Shown: positions 19,446 to 29,379 of the stretch, one piece after another
Layout: each line of letters begins with the position of its first letter
How positions within the stretch are numbered: the first letter of the stretch is position 1
Source of the DNA: Coriobacteriia bacterium
GTDB taxonomy: Bacteria > Actinomycetota > Coriobacteriia > Coriobacteriales > UBA8131
Length of the DNA: 64,000 bases
Assembly: GCA_009783085.1 (NCBI GenBank)
Contig: WRHU01000004.1
Span: forward strand, 8,164 to 72,163
Direction of reading: 5' to 3'
Translations under genes and position numbers: made by a program
Notes under the pieces: generated by a model
Seen by the model: only the letters and a program-made list of their open reading frames with translations
Databases searched by the model: none
Told to the model about the DNA's origin: nothing

Positions 19446-21251
19446 TTAGCTTCTCATATCGGTATCTGCACCAAGCGTCACTTCCAAATCAAGCGTTTGG
19501 GAGCCACGCATAATGCCGAGTGTCACCTTTTCGCCAACCAAAAGTCCACGCACGTCTATGATAAGTTCGGTGGCCGTTTTGATAGGCTTACCATTGATAG
19601 CAACAATGACGTCGCCTGGCTTGATGCCAGCCCTATCGGCGGGCGAACCTTGAACTACCTCGTCAACATAAACGCCACTCGTTGCCTTAACGCCCAGCTG
19701 GTCAGCCGTTGAGCTGTCAACCGTTTGCAGCGTTACGCCCAAAAATGCGTGCTGAACCTCATCGCCATTCATAATTTGCTCTGCAATGCTTAGGGCGTAA
19801 TTGCTCGGAATGGCAAAACCAACTCCCGCACTTGAGCCAGACGGCGAGGAGATAAGCGTAGTAATTCCCAGGAGGCGTCCCTTGCTATCAACAAGCGCAC
19901 CACCAGAATTGCCCGGGTTGATGGCTGCGTCAGTCTGAATGAGGTTGGCATAAATGTTCATGCCCTCGGTGCTTTCAAGCGTGGTCGAACGGAACAAAGC
20001 CGATACAACGCCAGTAGACACCGAGCGCTCAAGCCCAAAGGGGCTTCCTACTGCCATAACCCACTCGCCTACCGTTGCTTTTGACGAATCCGCAACCTCG
20101 ATAGGAGTGAGATTTTCTGCCTCAACTTTGATAACCGCTAAGTCAGATTGCGGGTCGCTACCCACCAAAGTAGCCTCAAGACGGTCTGAGCCGTTGATGC
20201 CAACGAGGAACTTATCGCCACCTTCCAAAACATGATAGTTGGTGAGGATATAACCGTCCTTGCTGATAATCACACCCGAGCCGAGCCCGTATTCCATGTA
20301 GTCGTCGCCGGCATCGGTGCCGTAGTCAAAAAGACTTAAAAGGTGTGGGTTAGCCAAATAGACATCGATATTAACAATGGACGGAGTAACTTTGGTAGCG
20401 ACCGCCTCGGCAAGACCAGCATCTTCAAGATTAGGTTCAATGACAATGGAGTTTCCGGGAGTGCCTACTATGCCCGAACCAGAGGAGCCGATGCCATTGG
20501 TAAGCCCACTGATAATAAAGAAGGTCAAAAGTGCACCAACTATCACACCAACAAGTCCCATAAGGAATGCGAGCCACTTTGAGCTTTTTTGCTTTGGTTG
20601 CCGAGGAGGAGCAGCCGTGGGAGTTGCGTAGTTTGGTTGCGGAGGACGTGCGGCTTGTTGGATTGGCGCAGCTTGTTGGGCTGGCGCAGCTTGTTGGCTT
20701 GGCGCAGTTGGCTGGGGCGACAACGTCGGTTGTTGCGCTGTCACTTGTTGCGGCGGCGCAACTGGCTGTTGCGGTGCTGCTTGGAACTGCGGCACATTTA
20801 CTACGCCAGTCGTTTGGCTTGGCTGCTGAAACGGCGACTGAGTTACCTGCTGCGCATGAGCTTGCGATGCTTGTTGGGCTTGCGCTTGGGCCTGCATAAA
20901 AGCTCGTGTTTGACCCTCGAGCTGAGGAGTCCGATAGACCTGCTCGGCTCCAAGGGTTGGCTTTGCAGCGGCAACTTTGGCAGAGGCAGCCTTAGTAGCG
21001 GTCTTAGAGCTGGCAGCAGCAGCCTCAGCAGCTTCAACAGCAGCAGCTGGAACCTCAACAGAAGCATCTTGAGCGGCAGCCTTCGCACGCGTCGTCCTCG
21101 TTGTACGCTTTGGTTTATCCTCTGAAATAATAGAAGTAGACACAGCCTCAACAGAAATATCGCCCACGGGTACCGCTGGCTCAACTACCGCCTTTTCGAT
21201 AATGGGCTCGTCCAAAAGGGGCTCGGTCAAATCGGGTTCGGTTTTTTTCAT
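19446..21251 (-). CDS. htrA: HtrA/DegP-family serine protease (S1C) with PDZ domain, a TM anchor and a long Q/A/P-rich N-terminal region
   Basis: GSGVIISKDGYILTNYHV, TDAAINPGNSGGALVD (catalytic Ser) and a C-terminal PDZ (GSPADRAGIKPGDVIVAING). Confidence 0.9.
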   Translation of the reverse strand: MKKTEPDLTEPLLDEPIIEKAVVEPAVPVGDISVEAVSTSIISEDKPKRTTRTTRAKAAAQDASVEVPAAAVEAAEAAAASSKTATKAASAKVAAAKPTLGAEQVYRTPQLEGQTRAFMQAQAQAQQASQAHAQQVTQSPFQQPSQTTGVVNVPQFQAAPQQPVAPPQQVTAQQPTLSPQPTAPSQQAAPAQQAAPIQQAARPPQPNYATPTAAPPRQPKQKSSKWLAFLMGLVGVIVGALLTFFIISGLTNGIGSSGSGIVGTPGNSIVIEPNLEDAGLAEAVATKVTPSIVNIDVYLANPHLLSLFDYGTDAGDDYMEYGLGSGVIISKDGYILTNYHVLEGGDKFLVGINGSDRLEATLVGSDPQSDLAVIKVEAENLTPIEVADSSKATVGEWVMAVGSPFGLERSVSTGVVSALFRSTTLESTEGMNIYANLIQTDAAINPGNSGGALVDSKGRLLGITTLISSPSGSSAGVGFAIPSNYALSIAEQIMNGDEVQHAFLGVTLQTVDSSTADQLGVKATSGVYVDEVVQGSPADRAGIKPGDVIVAINGKPIKTATELIIDVRGLLVGEKVTLGIMRGSQTLDLEVTLGADTDMRS

Positions 21252-21260
21252 TTCTGCTCC

Positions 21261-21497
21261 TTAATTGGCCTGAGTGCTGCGCAGGTAGGCAATAATGTCA
21301 TCAGATTCGTACAGCGCAGTGTCATTTATGAAGAGGCAGGGAACTTGCACTTTTCCGCCAACCTCAATCAGGCGCTCTCTGTTTTCTGCAACGACAATAT
21401 CGGCGAGCTCAACTTCGATGCCCGCTGCCTCTATAAAACGCAAAACCTTTTGGCAGTAAGGGCAGGTGGGCTTATAGTACAACGTAAGAGTATCCAT
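21261..21497 (-). CDS. glutaredoxin-family protein (CPYC active site)
   Basis: 78 aa; LYYKPTCPYCQKVLRF...VPCLFINDTALYESDDIIAYL. Confidence 0.8.
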   Translation of the reverse strand: MDTLTLYYKPTCPYCQKVLRFIEAAGIEVELADIVVAENRERLIEVGGKVQVPCLFINDTALYESDDIIAYLRSTQAN

Positions 21498-21645
21498 GAG
21501 TTCTCCTTAGGTAAAATGTTTTTGTCATGTACGAACTATACCTGACTACAAAGCATGATACCGCATATAATAAGATTGTTTTCAACTTGAAACCTCTGCA
21601 CCTTGACATTCCCAAATAATCGTTCAAAATAATAGTTAAAGTTTT

Positions 21646-21674
21646 TTGACAAGTTTTTTATAGTAATTTATAAT
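21646..21674 (+). promoter_or_regulatory. consensus sigma-70 promoter of the fab/acc cluster
   Basis: TTGACA (21646-21651), exactly 17 nt, TATAAT (21669-21674), about 36 nt upstream of the acpP ATG. Confidence 0.6.
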
Positions 21675-21709
21675 GAACGAAATACTACCAAAGTGTGAAA
21701 GGACTACAA

Positions 21710-21949
21710 ATGACTGAATCAACTTTTGAAATTGTACGTCGAGTGCTGGTTGACGGACTGAGCCTTGATGAGGCAAGCGTTACGCCCGAGGCAGACATCA
21801 ACGAGGATTTAGGCGCAGATTCGCTTGACGCTGTTGAGCTTATTATGTCGCTTGAGGAAGAGTTTGGCATCGAAGTCGAGCCCGCTCAGGCAGAAAACCT
21901 CAAAACCGTGCAAGACCTGGTAACCCTTATCGACTCTCTTAAGAATTAG
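21710..21949 (+). CDS. acpP: acyl carrier protein
   Basis: [21 protein letters not shown] phosphopantetheine-attachment motif. Confidence 0.9.
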   Translation: MTESTFEIVRRVLVDGLSLDEASVTPEADINEDLGADSLDAVELIMSLEEEFGIEVEPAQAENLKTVQDLVTLIDSLKN

Positions 21950-21952
21950 GTT

Positions 21953-22564
21953 ATGACTACTACCCTTCCCTATCATTCCTCCTCAGTTGAGGAGCATATC
22001 GAGCAGCTGGCTGTTGTTTTGGACAGGCACGCACTCACCCGTGTTGAGTATGAACTCGGCGAGTTGCGCGTTGTGCTTGAAAAAAGTGAAGTGCCGTGCG
22101 CTGTGTCATCAACGGCGCCTTGCGCAGCACCTTACGCAGCGCTAAGCCTTACGGGAGCAGGCGAGAAAAGCTCCGTCAACTTAGCGGGCCCTGCTGACCC
22201 TGCCAATTCTGTTAATCCAGCTAGTCCTGCTGGCTCCGTCAGCTCTGTTAGCCTCGTTGGCTCTGATGGCTCCGTCAGCTCCTCCTCGACGGCTAGCTCC
22301 GTTGGCTCTGATAGCTCCCCTAGCTCCGCAAAGCAGCTCGTCAAGGCTCCCCTCGTGGGAGTCGCCTATCGTTCTAAAGAGCCTAGCGCTGCACCCTTTG
22401 TGAGCGTGGGCGATACCGTTGAGGAAGGCACCGTACTGTGCCTGATTGAAGCTATGAAAATGTTTAACGAGGTTAAAGCTCCTTGTGGCGGCACCGTAAC
22501 GTGCATTCATTTTGAGGACGCAAGCCTCGTTGAACACGGCGAGCCCCTCGTTTCGCTTAGTTAG
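21953..22564 (+). CDS. accB: acetyl-CoA carboxylase biotin carboxyl carrier protein, with a long S/A/P-rich linker
   Basis: C-terminal biotinyl domain with the CLIEAMKMFNEV motif. Confidence 0.9.
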   Translation: MTTTLPYHSSSVEEHIEQLAVVLDRHALTRVEYELGELRVVLEKSEVPCAVSSTAPCAAPYAALSLTGAGEKSSVNLAGPADPANSVNPASPAGSVSSVSLVGSDGSVSSSSTASSVGSDSSPSSAKQLVKAPLVGVAYRSKEPSAAPFVSVGDTVEEGTVLCLIEAMKMFNEVKAPCGGTVTCIHFEDASLVEHGEPLVSLS

Positions 22565-22582
22565 CGGGCGGAGTTAAAGGCT

Positions 22583-23959
22583 ATGCTCAAGCGAGTTCTG
22601 GTAGCAAATCGAGGCGAGATTGCCGCACGCATCTTACGTGCCTGCCGCGAAATGAATATAGAAACGGTCGCCGTTTTTTCTGAGGCAGACCGTGGCTCAC
22701 TGTTCACTACGCTGGCAACACAAGCAATCTGCATTGGAAACGCTGCTGCCAAAGAGAGCTATCTCAACCAAGACGCCATTCTCACGGTGGCAAAACACAC
22801 TGCCTGCGATGCTATTCACCCCGGTTTTGGTTTTCTTTCAGAAAACGCCAGCTTTGCACAGGCTGTTTGCGATGCCGGCATTACTTTTATTGGGCCATCG
22901 CCAGAAGTTATCGCAACTCTGGGCGACAAAAGCACTGCGCGCAAGCTCATGCAAGACCAAGGCGTGCCCGTTGTTCCTGGTTCAAAGGGTTGCATATCCA
23001 CCGCTAAAGAGGCTCTTGAAAACGCAGAGACTCTGGGATATCCAGTGCTGCTTAAGGCAACCTCGGGCGGCGGCGGGCGCGGTATGCGGCGGGTATACGC
23101 TGCTCAAGAGATGGAAGATTCCTTTAACTCAGCGCAGGCAGAGGCTCTGGCGTGCTTTGGCGAAAAAGGCCTCTACCTCGAAAAACTTATCGAAAATCCA
23201 CGTCACGTCGAAGTGCAAATTCTTGCCGATTCTTTGGGAAACATCGTACATTTGGGCGATCGTGATTGCACGCTGCAGCGCAATCATCAAAAACTGCTTG
23301 AGGAGGCTCCGGCTCAGATTCTCAGTGAGGAAACCCGCGCTCGAATGGCAGCAGATGCGCTGCGTGGCGCTGAGGCTGTTGGCTACGAAAATGCCGGTAC
23401 GGTTGAGTTTGTAGTTGCAGAGGACGGTTCGTATTATTTCATTGAAATGAATACCCGTATTCAAGTTGAACACCCCGTAACCGAAATGATATGCGGCATA
23501 AATATTGTGCGCGAGCAAATACGCATTGCCTCAGGCTTGCCGCTTTCTTTTACGCAAGACGAGGTTGTCTTTAAGGGCCATGCCATTGAGTGCCGCATCA
23601 ACGCCGAAGACCCTCATAATGATTTTTGCCCTTGTCCGGGCGTTATAGACTACGTGCACCTCCCCAGTGGTTTTGGTGTTCGCGTTGACACCGTAATACA
23701 CCCCCACTACGAGATAAGTCCGTACTACGACAGCATGATTGCAAAAATAATTGTTCACGGGCGTACTCGCAATGAGGCCATTTTTCGCATGCGCCGAGCG
23801 CTGGAAGAAACGCTGATTGGCGGCGTAAGCTCCACGGTGCCGCTTCACTATATGCTCATGTACAACCCCGACTACATCTCTAATCATCTCGACACGGGTT
23901 TTCTTGAGCGAAATCTCTCCACCTTGCTCAGGCCACTTGGCGAGGAGGCAAAACTGTAA
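22583..23959 (+). CDS. accC: acetyl-CoA carboxylase biotin carboxylase
   Basis: MLKRVLVANRGEIAARILRACREM..., GGGGRGMR, EMNTRIQVEHPVTE. Confidence 0.95.
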   Translation: MLKRVLVANRGEIAARILRACREMNIETVAVFSEADRGSLFTTLATQAICIGNAAAKESYLNQDAILTVAKHTACDAIHPGFGFLSENASFAQAVCDAGITFIGPSPEVIATLGDKSTARKLMQDQGVPVVPGSKGCISTAKEALENAETLGYPVLLKATSGGGGRGMRRVYAAQEMEDSFNSAQAEALACFGEKGLYLEKLIENPRHVEVQILADSLGNIVHLGDRDCTLQRNHQKLLEEAPAQILSEETRARMAADALRGAEAVGYENAGTVEFVVAEDGSYYFIEMNTRIQVEHPVTEMICGINIVREQIRIASGLPLSFTQDEVVFKGHAIECRINAEDPHNDFCPCPGVIDYVHLPSGFGVRVDTVIHPHYEISPYYDSMIAKIIVHGRTRNEAIFRMRRALEETLIGGVSSTVPLHYMLMYNPDYISNHLDTGFLERNLSTLLRPLGEEAKL

Positions 23960-25590
23960 TGGATATTTTTGGGATTTTTAAGCAACGGAAAAACCGCCTT
24001 GACGAGCTTTCAACACAGCGTCAAAAGGCACGCAAAAAAACGGGGCGCATTCGTTTTAAGAGCCGCATCAACGAAGTCTTGGACGCTCGCAGTGCTCAGA
24101 AGCTCTTTTTGGACATTGAGTCTGCTGATCCTCTCGAGTTTCCTGACTATGCAGAAAAAGTCGCTCATTTGTCAAAACGCAGCGGCCTGAGCGATGCCTT
24201 TTACTGTGCTACAGGCACTATCGAGGGGCGCGCCGTTGTGTGTGTTGAGCTTATCGCTGAGTTTCTTATGGGCTCTATGGGAACGGCGGTTGGCGAGGCA
24301 GTGTGTCGCTCTGCTGAGTATGCTCTCAAGCATCAAGCGCCTCTCATTATTTTCTCTGCGAGTGGCGGAGCGCGCATGCAAGAGGGTATGTACTCGCTTA
24401 TGCAAATGGCAAAAACTTCTGCGGCTTTACGCAAGCTGAGTGACGCAGGCATTTTGTATATCAGCGTGCTTACCCACCCTACTACCGGTGGCGTTACGGC
24501 AAGTTTTGCCTCCTTGGGCGATATTATTCTTGCCGAACCAAAAGCGTTAATCGGTTTTGCTGGACCTCGTGTTATTGAGCAAACCATTGGTACCAGTCTG
24601 CCAGAAGGGTTTCAAAGTGCTGAGTTTCAGCAAGCACATGGTTTTGTTGATGCACTCGTTGCACGTGAGAACCTCCGTACTACACTGGCTAAGCTTCTCG
24701 CTCTGCACCCTGACAAGAACATCATTCTTGACGAAGGTGCCTGCAGCAAGGCTGCTCTCAACAACAACACTCCTTCTCGCAGTATTTCGAGCCCCACTCC
24801 CCTTTCCAAAAAAACTCCAGCAGAACACGTAGACATTGCCAGAAACGCTTTGCGCACTCATGCTCCCTTTTTTATCAAGGAACTTTTTGATGGCTTCTTT
24901 GAGCTTCATGGCGACCGGCTCTATCGTGATGACCCCGCAATAATAGGAGGCCTTGCTCTTTTTGAGGGAACGCCCGTAACCGTTGTTGCCTTGCTTAAGG
25001 GTTCAGACCTGAACGAAAACCTTGCCTGTAATTTTGGTATGCCTCACCCCGAGGGATACAGAAAGTTCATTCGGTTGGCAAAGCAGGCAGAAAAGTTTGG
25101 ACGGCCTCTCATCACTTTTATAGATACGCCGGGTGCGTATCCCGGCGCCGAGGCAGAGCAGCGTGGGCAAGGCGAAGCAATAGCTCGTTGTCTTTTTGAG
25201 CTGAGTAGCCTTGCGGTTCCCACCATAGCCGTTATTACTGGTGAGGGTGGCAGCGGAGGGGCGCTCGCTTTGGGGCTTGCCGATAAGGTTCTTATGTTTG
25301 AATACGCCGTTTACTCGGTGCTTTCTCCGGAAGGTTTTGCAAGTATTTTGTGGAAAGATGCCAAACGTGCTGCTGATGCCTGTGAGGTTATGAAGCTTAC
25401 TGCTTGCGACCTGTATGGCTTTGGCATGATTGACGCAATTATTAAAGAGCCCGCTGACGGTTTACACACAAATCCTCTTGCCGCTATCGAAACCTTACGT
25501 CCTGCTTTGCGCGATGCCTTATGCGAACTGCAAGCGTGTGAGCCAGAGGCGCTGGTAAAGGCACGCTATGAGAAGTATCGGAAATTCTAG
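23959..25590 (+). CDS. accD/accA: fused acetyl-CoA carboxylase carboxyltransferase, beta (AccD) plus alpha (AccA) subunits
   Basis: N-terminal half: GSMGTAVGEAV...FSASGGARMQEG (AccD). C-terminal half: FGMPHPEGYRKFIRLAKQAEKFGRPLITFIDTPGAYPG (AccA). TAATG overlap with accC. Confidence 0.9.
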   Translation: MDIFGIFKQRKNRLDELSTQRQKARKKTGRIRFKSRINEVLDARSAQKLFLDIESADPLEFPDYAEKVAHLSKRSGLSDAFYCATGTIEGRAVVCVELIAEFLMGSMGTAVGEAVCRSAEYALKHQAPLIIFSASGGARMQEGMYSLMQMAKTSAALRKLSDAGILYISVLTHPTTGGVTASFASLGDIILAEPKALIGFAGPRVIEQTIGTSLPEGFQSAEFQQAHGFVDALVARENLRTTLAKLLALHPDKNIILDEGACSKAALNNNTPSRSISSPTPLSKKTPAEHVDIARNALRTHAPFFIKELFDGFFELHGDRLYRDDPAIIGGLALFEGTPVTVVALLKGSDLNENLACNFGMPHPEGYRKFIRLAKQAEKFGRPLITFIDTPGAYPGAEAEQRGQGEAIARCLFELSSLAVPTIAVITGEGGSGGALALGLADKVLMFEYAVYSVLSPEGFASILWKDAKRAADACEVMKLTACDLYGFGMIDAIIKEPADGLHTNPLAAIETLRPALRDALCELQACEPEALVKARYEKYRKF

Positions 25591-25617
25591 ACAATTTAAC
25601 ACAACTGAAAGGTATGC

Positions 25618-26622
25618 ATGAGAATAGTAGGAACAGGAAGTGCGGTGCCCGCAAGGATAGTTACCAACGACGAGCTTTCTTTGATGGTTGATACCAGTGA
25701 TGAGTGGATACGAACCCGCACGGGCATTCGATCTCGCCATATTGCTGAGGAGGAAACAACTCTAAGCCTTGGATATGGGGCAAGCGTCCGTGCGCTTGAT
25801 GCCGCAGCTGCCTGCGGCATCAAGCGCACGGACATCAGTCTGATTATCTGCGCAACCGTAAGCAATGAGCTTCGTTGCCCGCCGCTTGCCTGCTTGCTCC
25901 AACGCGACCTACAGCTCAATAATAACATCCTCGCCTTTGACCTTAATGCTGCCTGCTCTGGTTTTATCTATGCGCTTATCTGCGCTTCTCGCCTCATACG
26001 TGAGGGTTCTTATGCCCTCGTGGTGGGCACAGAAGTGCTTTCTCGCCTCACCGATTTTACCGACCGCAATACCTGTGTTTTGTTTGGCGACGGAGCAGGT
26101 GCAGCCGTTGTTGGCTTGGCAGCAGGGGTAGGCACCACAACGCTCAACAACAACGACAACGACGGTGGGGGCAGTTTAGGCAGCTGCAACAGCAACGACG
26201 GCTGCGAAGTAAGCCAAGACTTTTTCTGGGTTTCAGAAGCTCAGGGCAACAGCGACTTGCTTTCTATCGACAAGACTATTCAGATGGACGGTCAAGGGGT
26301 GTTCAAGTTTGCCGTAGAGGCACTTGCTAGAAACATCAAAGCAGTAGTTTGCAAAGCACAGCTTGAGCCCAAAGAAATCGACGTTTTTATTTGTCATCAG
26401 GCAAACGAGCGCATTATTGCAAGTGCAGCCAAGCGTCTTGGCGTACCGCTTGAACGGTTTTTTATGAACCTAACCCACCTTGGCAACACGAGTGCGGCAA
26501 GCGTTCCTCTTGCCCTTGACGATGCTGTTACCGCCGGAGTATTACACGCAGGGTCAAAAGTTGTTATGGCAGGTTTTGGCGGTGGGCTTACCGCAGGAGC
26601 GGTTTATTTTACGTGGCAATAA
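25618..26622 (+). CDS. fabH: 3-oxoacyl-ACP synthase III, with a ~35-aa N/D/G-rich insertion
   Basis: TSDEWIRTRTGI, AACSGF (catalytic Cys), HQANERI, GNTSAASVPLAL. Confidence 0.9.
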   Translation: MRIVGTGSAVPARIVTNDELSLMVDTSDEWIRTRTGIRSRHIAEEETTLSLGYGASVRALDAAAACGIKRTDISLIICATVSNELRCPPLACLLQRDLQLNNNILAFDLNAACSGFIYALICASRLIREGSYALVVGTEVLSRLTDFTDRNTCVLFGDGAGAAVVGLAAGVGTTTLNNNDNDGGGSLGSCNSNDGCEVSQDFFWVSEAQGNSDLLSIDKTIQMDGQGVFKFAVEALARNIKAVVCKAQLEPKEIDVFICHQANERIIASAAKRLGVPLERFFMNLTHLGNTSAASVPLALDDAVTAGVLHAGSKVVMAGFGGGLTAGAVYFTWQ

Positions 26623-26693
26623 TTTTACACAACGCACTTATGCAACGAGCAAGCAAACAAAAGAACAACAGCACCAGTCGAACAGGAGAGGCA

Positions 26694-27623
26694 ATGCTAC
26701 TTAACAGTTTTCTTAAAACAAGCTACCCCTTTATGCAAGGGGGCATGGCACAAATCGCAACGGGACGTTTTGCGGCAGCCGTTTCAAACGCTGGCGCATT
26801 GGGCATTATTGCAGCAGGCGGTAAAACAGCAGAGCAGTTGCGCGCCGAGATCCACACACTGCGTTCTTTGAGCGATAAGCCTTTTGGTGTCAATATAATG
26901 CTTATGGCTCCCGATATTGAAAACATTGCCGCCGTGGTAGCTGAGGAGCAGGTTCCCGTTATTACCACAGGAGCCGGAAGCCCCACTGCCTTCATCGAAC
27001 AGTGGAAAAATGCAGGCAGCAAAGTTATCCCTGTTATTCCCAGCGTCGCCTTAGCTTTGCGCATGGAAAAATATGGCGCAGATGCCGTGGTGGCAGAGGG
27101 AACCGAAAGCGGCGGACACGTAGGTGAGCTCACCACTATGGCACTTGTTCCCCAAGTTGTTGATGCGGTAGATATTCCCGTTATAGCAGCTGGAGGTATC
27201 GCCTCGGGACGACAGCTGTGTGCCGCTTTTGCCTTTGGAGCTATCGGCGCTCAGATGGGAACGGCACTTCTCGTAAGCGAAGAGTGCCCTATCCATGAAA
27301 ACTATAAGCAGATGCTTTTGGCTGCCAAAGACACCGCTACCACCGTAACGGGCAGAGCAAAAGGTGCGCCCGTGCGTATCATAAAAAATAAAATGGCACG
27401 CACGTATCTCAAGCTCGAGCAAGAAACCACCGACCGAGCAGCTTTTGAGGAGCTAACCTTGGGTTCTTTGCGCAAGGCAGTTTTTGATGGCGACGAGGAC
27501 GGCGGTTCCTTTATGGCAGGACAGGTTGCCGGACAGCTCAAAGAAATCGAACCGCTTTCTGCAATTTTTGCTCGCCTTATGGAGCAATACGAGCAAACAC
27601 GAGAAGGGTTGCCCGTCCTATGA
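26694..27623 (+). CDS. fabK: enoyl-ACP reductase II (FMN-dependent FabK type)
   Basis: The ATG at 26694 follows AGGAGA. YPFMQGGMAQIA..., PFGVNIML, GTESGGHVGELTTM, IPVIAAGGIA. Collinear with streptococcal FabK from memory. Confidence 0.85.
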   Translation: MLLNSFLKTSYPFMQGGMAQIATGRFAAAVSNAGALGIIAAGGKTAEQLRAEIHTLRSLSDKPFGVNIMLMAPDIENIAAVVAEEQVPVITTGAGSPTAFIEQWKNAGSKVIPVIPSVALALRMEKYGADAVVAEGTESGGHVGELTTMALVPQVVDAVDIPVIAAGGIASGRQLCAAFAFGAIGAQMGTALLVSEECPIHENYKQMLLAAKDTATTVTGRAKGAPVRIIKNKMARTYLKLEQETTDRAAFEELTLGSLRKAVFDGDEDGGSFMAGQVAGQLKEIEPLSAIFARLMEQYEQTREGLPVL

Positions 27624-28597
27624 GCTACGAAACACCTCAAACACTCCTCAAAGAGCCTTTTCAACAGCCAGCGCCTGCTGGCAAAACAGCGTGGGTTTTT
27701 GCGGGACAAGGCTCACAGGTAGCTGGCATGGGGCGCGACCTTTACGAAAGCTATCCGCAGGTGCGCGAAATCTTTGACAGTAACGCAGCTGGTTTTGACC
27801 TCAAGGAGATTTGCTTTGCTGCCGACGATGCACGTTTGCACGACACTCGCTATACCCAAGCTTGCATGGCTGGCTTTGCTGCTGCCGTGTGTCGCTTGCT
27901 TTTTGATGCCGGTCTGCACCCTAAGGCTACCTTGGGGCTTTCTTTAGGAGAGTATTGTGCGCTGCACGCAGCCGAAGTTTTTGACGCTCAAACGCTGCTT
28001 TCTGTTCTTGGGTTTCGAGGAGCAATCATGGCGAATGCTTCAAGTATGCCTTCTCGCATGACGGCAATATTTGGTCTTGACGAAGCAACCGTAGAAAGCG
28101 TTGTATCTCAAGTAGCTGCAAAAACTCAGGCGGTTGTTGCGTGCACGAATTACAACAGTCCAAACCAGATAGTTATTGGTGGCGATGAAGCAGCCGTGTC
28201 TGCTGCAGAGCTTGCCTTGAAAGAAAAGGGTGCAAAGCGTTGTGTTCCACTTAAAACCAGCGGACCGTTTCATACCGCTTTTATGAAAGAAGCGGGAGAG
28301 CAGCTGAGGGAGCATCTTGGCTCAGTTGCGTTTAGGCCCCAAAAAACACCGGTTGTTTTTAATGCCACCGCTGCTTTTGCAGCAGACAGCGAGATACCAG
28401 AGCTTCTTGTTAAGCAAATATCCTCGCCGGTTCGTTTTGCGCAAAGTATACGCCTCCTTGAGGAAGCAGGCATCACCTCAATTATCGAGATAGGGCCCAG
28501 CACAGTAGTTGCTGGTCTTATAAAGAAAACAGCACCAAGTTTGGCCGTAACCTCATTGAGAACAGCCGATGACATACGAAAGGTCGTAGACGCATGA
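27620..28597 (+). CDS. fabD: malonyl CoA-ACP transacylase
   Basis: FAGQGSQVAGMG and GLSLGEYCAL (active-site Ser). Confidence 0.9.
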   Translation: MSYETPQTLLKEPFQQPAPAGKTAWVFAGQGSQVAGMGRDLYESYPQVREIFDSNAAGFDLKEICFAADDARLHDTRYTQACMAGFAAAVCRLLFDAGLHPKATLGLSLGEYCALHAAEVFDAQTLLSVLGFRGAIMANASSMPSRMTAIFGLDEATVESVVSQVAAKTQAVVACTNYNSPNQIVIGGDEAAVSAAELALKEKGAKRCVPLKTSGPFHTAFMKEAGEQLREHLGSVAFRPQKTPVVFNATAAFAADSEIPELLVKQISSPVRFAQSIRLLEEAGITSIIEIGPSTVVAGLIKKTAPSLAVTSLRTADDIRKVVDA

Positions 28598-29379
28598 GCA
28601 GTAAAACCACATCACCCGAGCCCTCCTCGCAGCTTGCCCTTGTTACCGGCGGAAGCCGAGGCATTGGGCGAGCCATCTGTATAAAACTTGCTGCTTGCGG
28701 ATACAACGTCGCCCTTACCTACGCCCGCAATGAGGCTGAAGCACAAGAAACAGCACAGTTGTGTAGAGAAGCAGCACAGAGCGCCGGCTTTAGCACCACA
28801 CGTTTTGCGACGTACGGCGGCGATATAGCTTCAACAACGGTTTGTGAGGAGCTTTTTGCGGCATGCGTTGCCGAGCTGGGTGCGCCAGATATTCTCGTAA
28901 ACAATGCTGGCATTACCCGCGACAACCTTATCATGCGCATGAGCCTTGAGGATTTTGACGAGGTCTTAAGCGTAAACCTAAAGGCAGCCTTTATCTTTTG
29001 TAAACTTGCTGCACGGAGTATGGCTAAAAAACGCTTTGGGCGCATTATCAACATTTCAAGTGTTGTAGGTTTGGCGGGCAATGCGGGGCAGGCTAACTAT
29101 GCCGCAAGTAAGGCGGGGCTTATCGGACTTACAAAAACGCTCGCAAAGGAGCTGGGTTCTCGTTTTGTAACCGTCAACGCTATCGCACCGGGTTTTATTG
29201 AAACCAGCATGACTGAGGCTTTGGGTACAGAGGCACGCACGTCGCTCACCAACTCGCTTGCTATCCCCCGCTTAGGCACTCCTGATGACATTGCCTCACT
29301 TGTTGGTTTTTTGGCAAGCGATGAGGCGGCATATATTACGAGTCAGGTTATTGCCGTTGACGGAGGAATGACACTTTGA
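28594..29379 (+). CDS. fabG: 3-oxoacyl-ACP reductase
   Basis: SDR: TGGSRGIGRA, NNAGITRD, YAASKAG. Confidence 0.9.
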   Translation: MSSKTTSPEPSSQLALVTGGSRGIGRAICIKLAACGYNVALTYARNEAEAQETAQLCREAAQSAGFSTTRFATYGGDIASTTVCEELFAACVAELGAPDILVNNAGITRDNLIMRMSLEDFDEVLSVNLKAAFIFCKLAARSMAKKRFGRIINISSVVGLAGNAGQANYAASKAGLIGLTKTLAKELGSRFVTVNAIAPGFIETSMTEALGTEARTSLTNSLAIPRLGTPDDIASLVGFLASDEAAYITSQVIAVDGGMTL

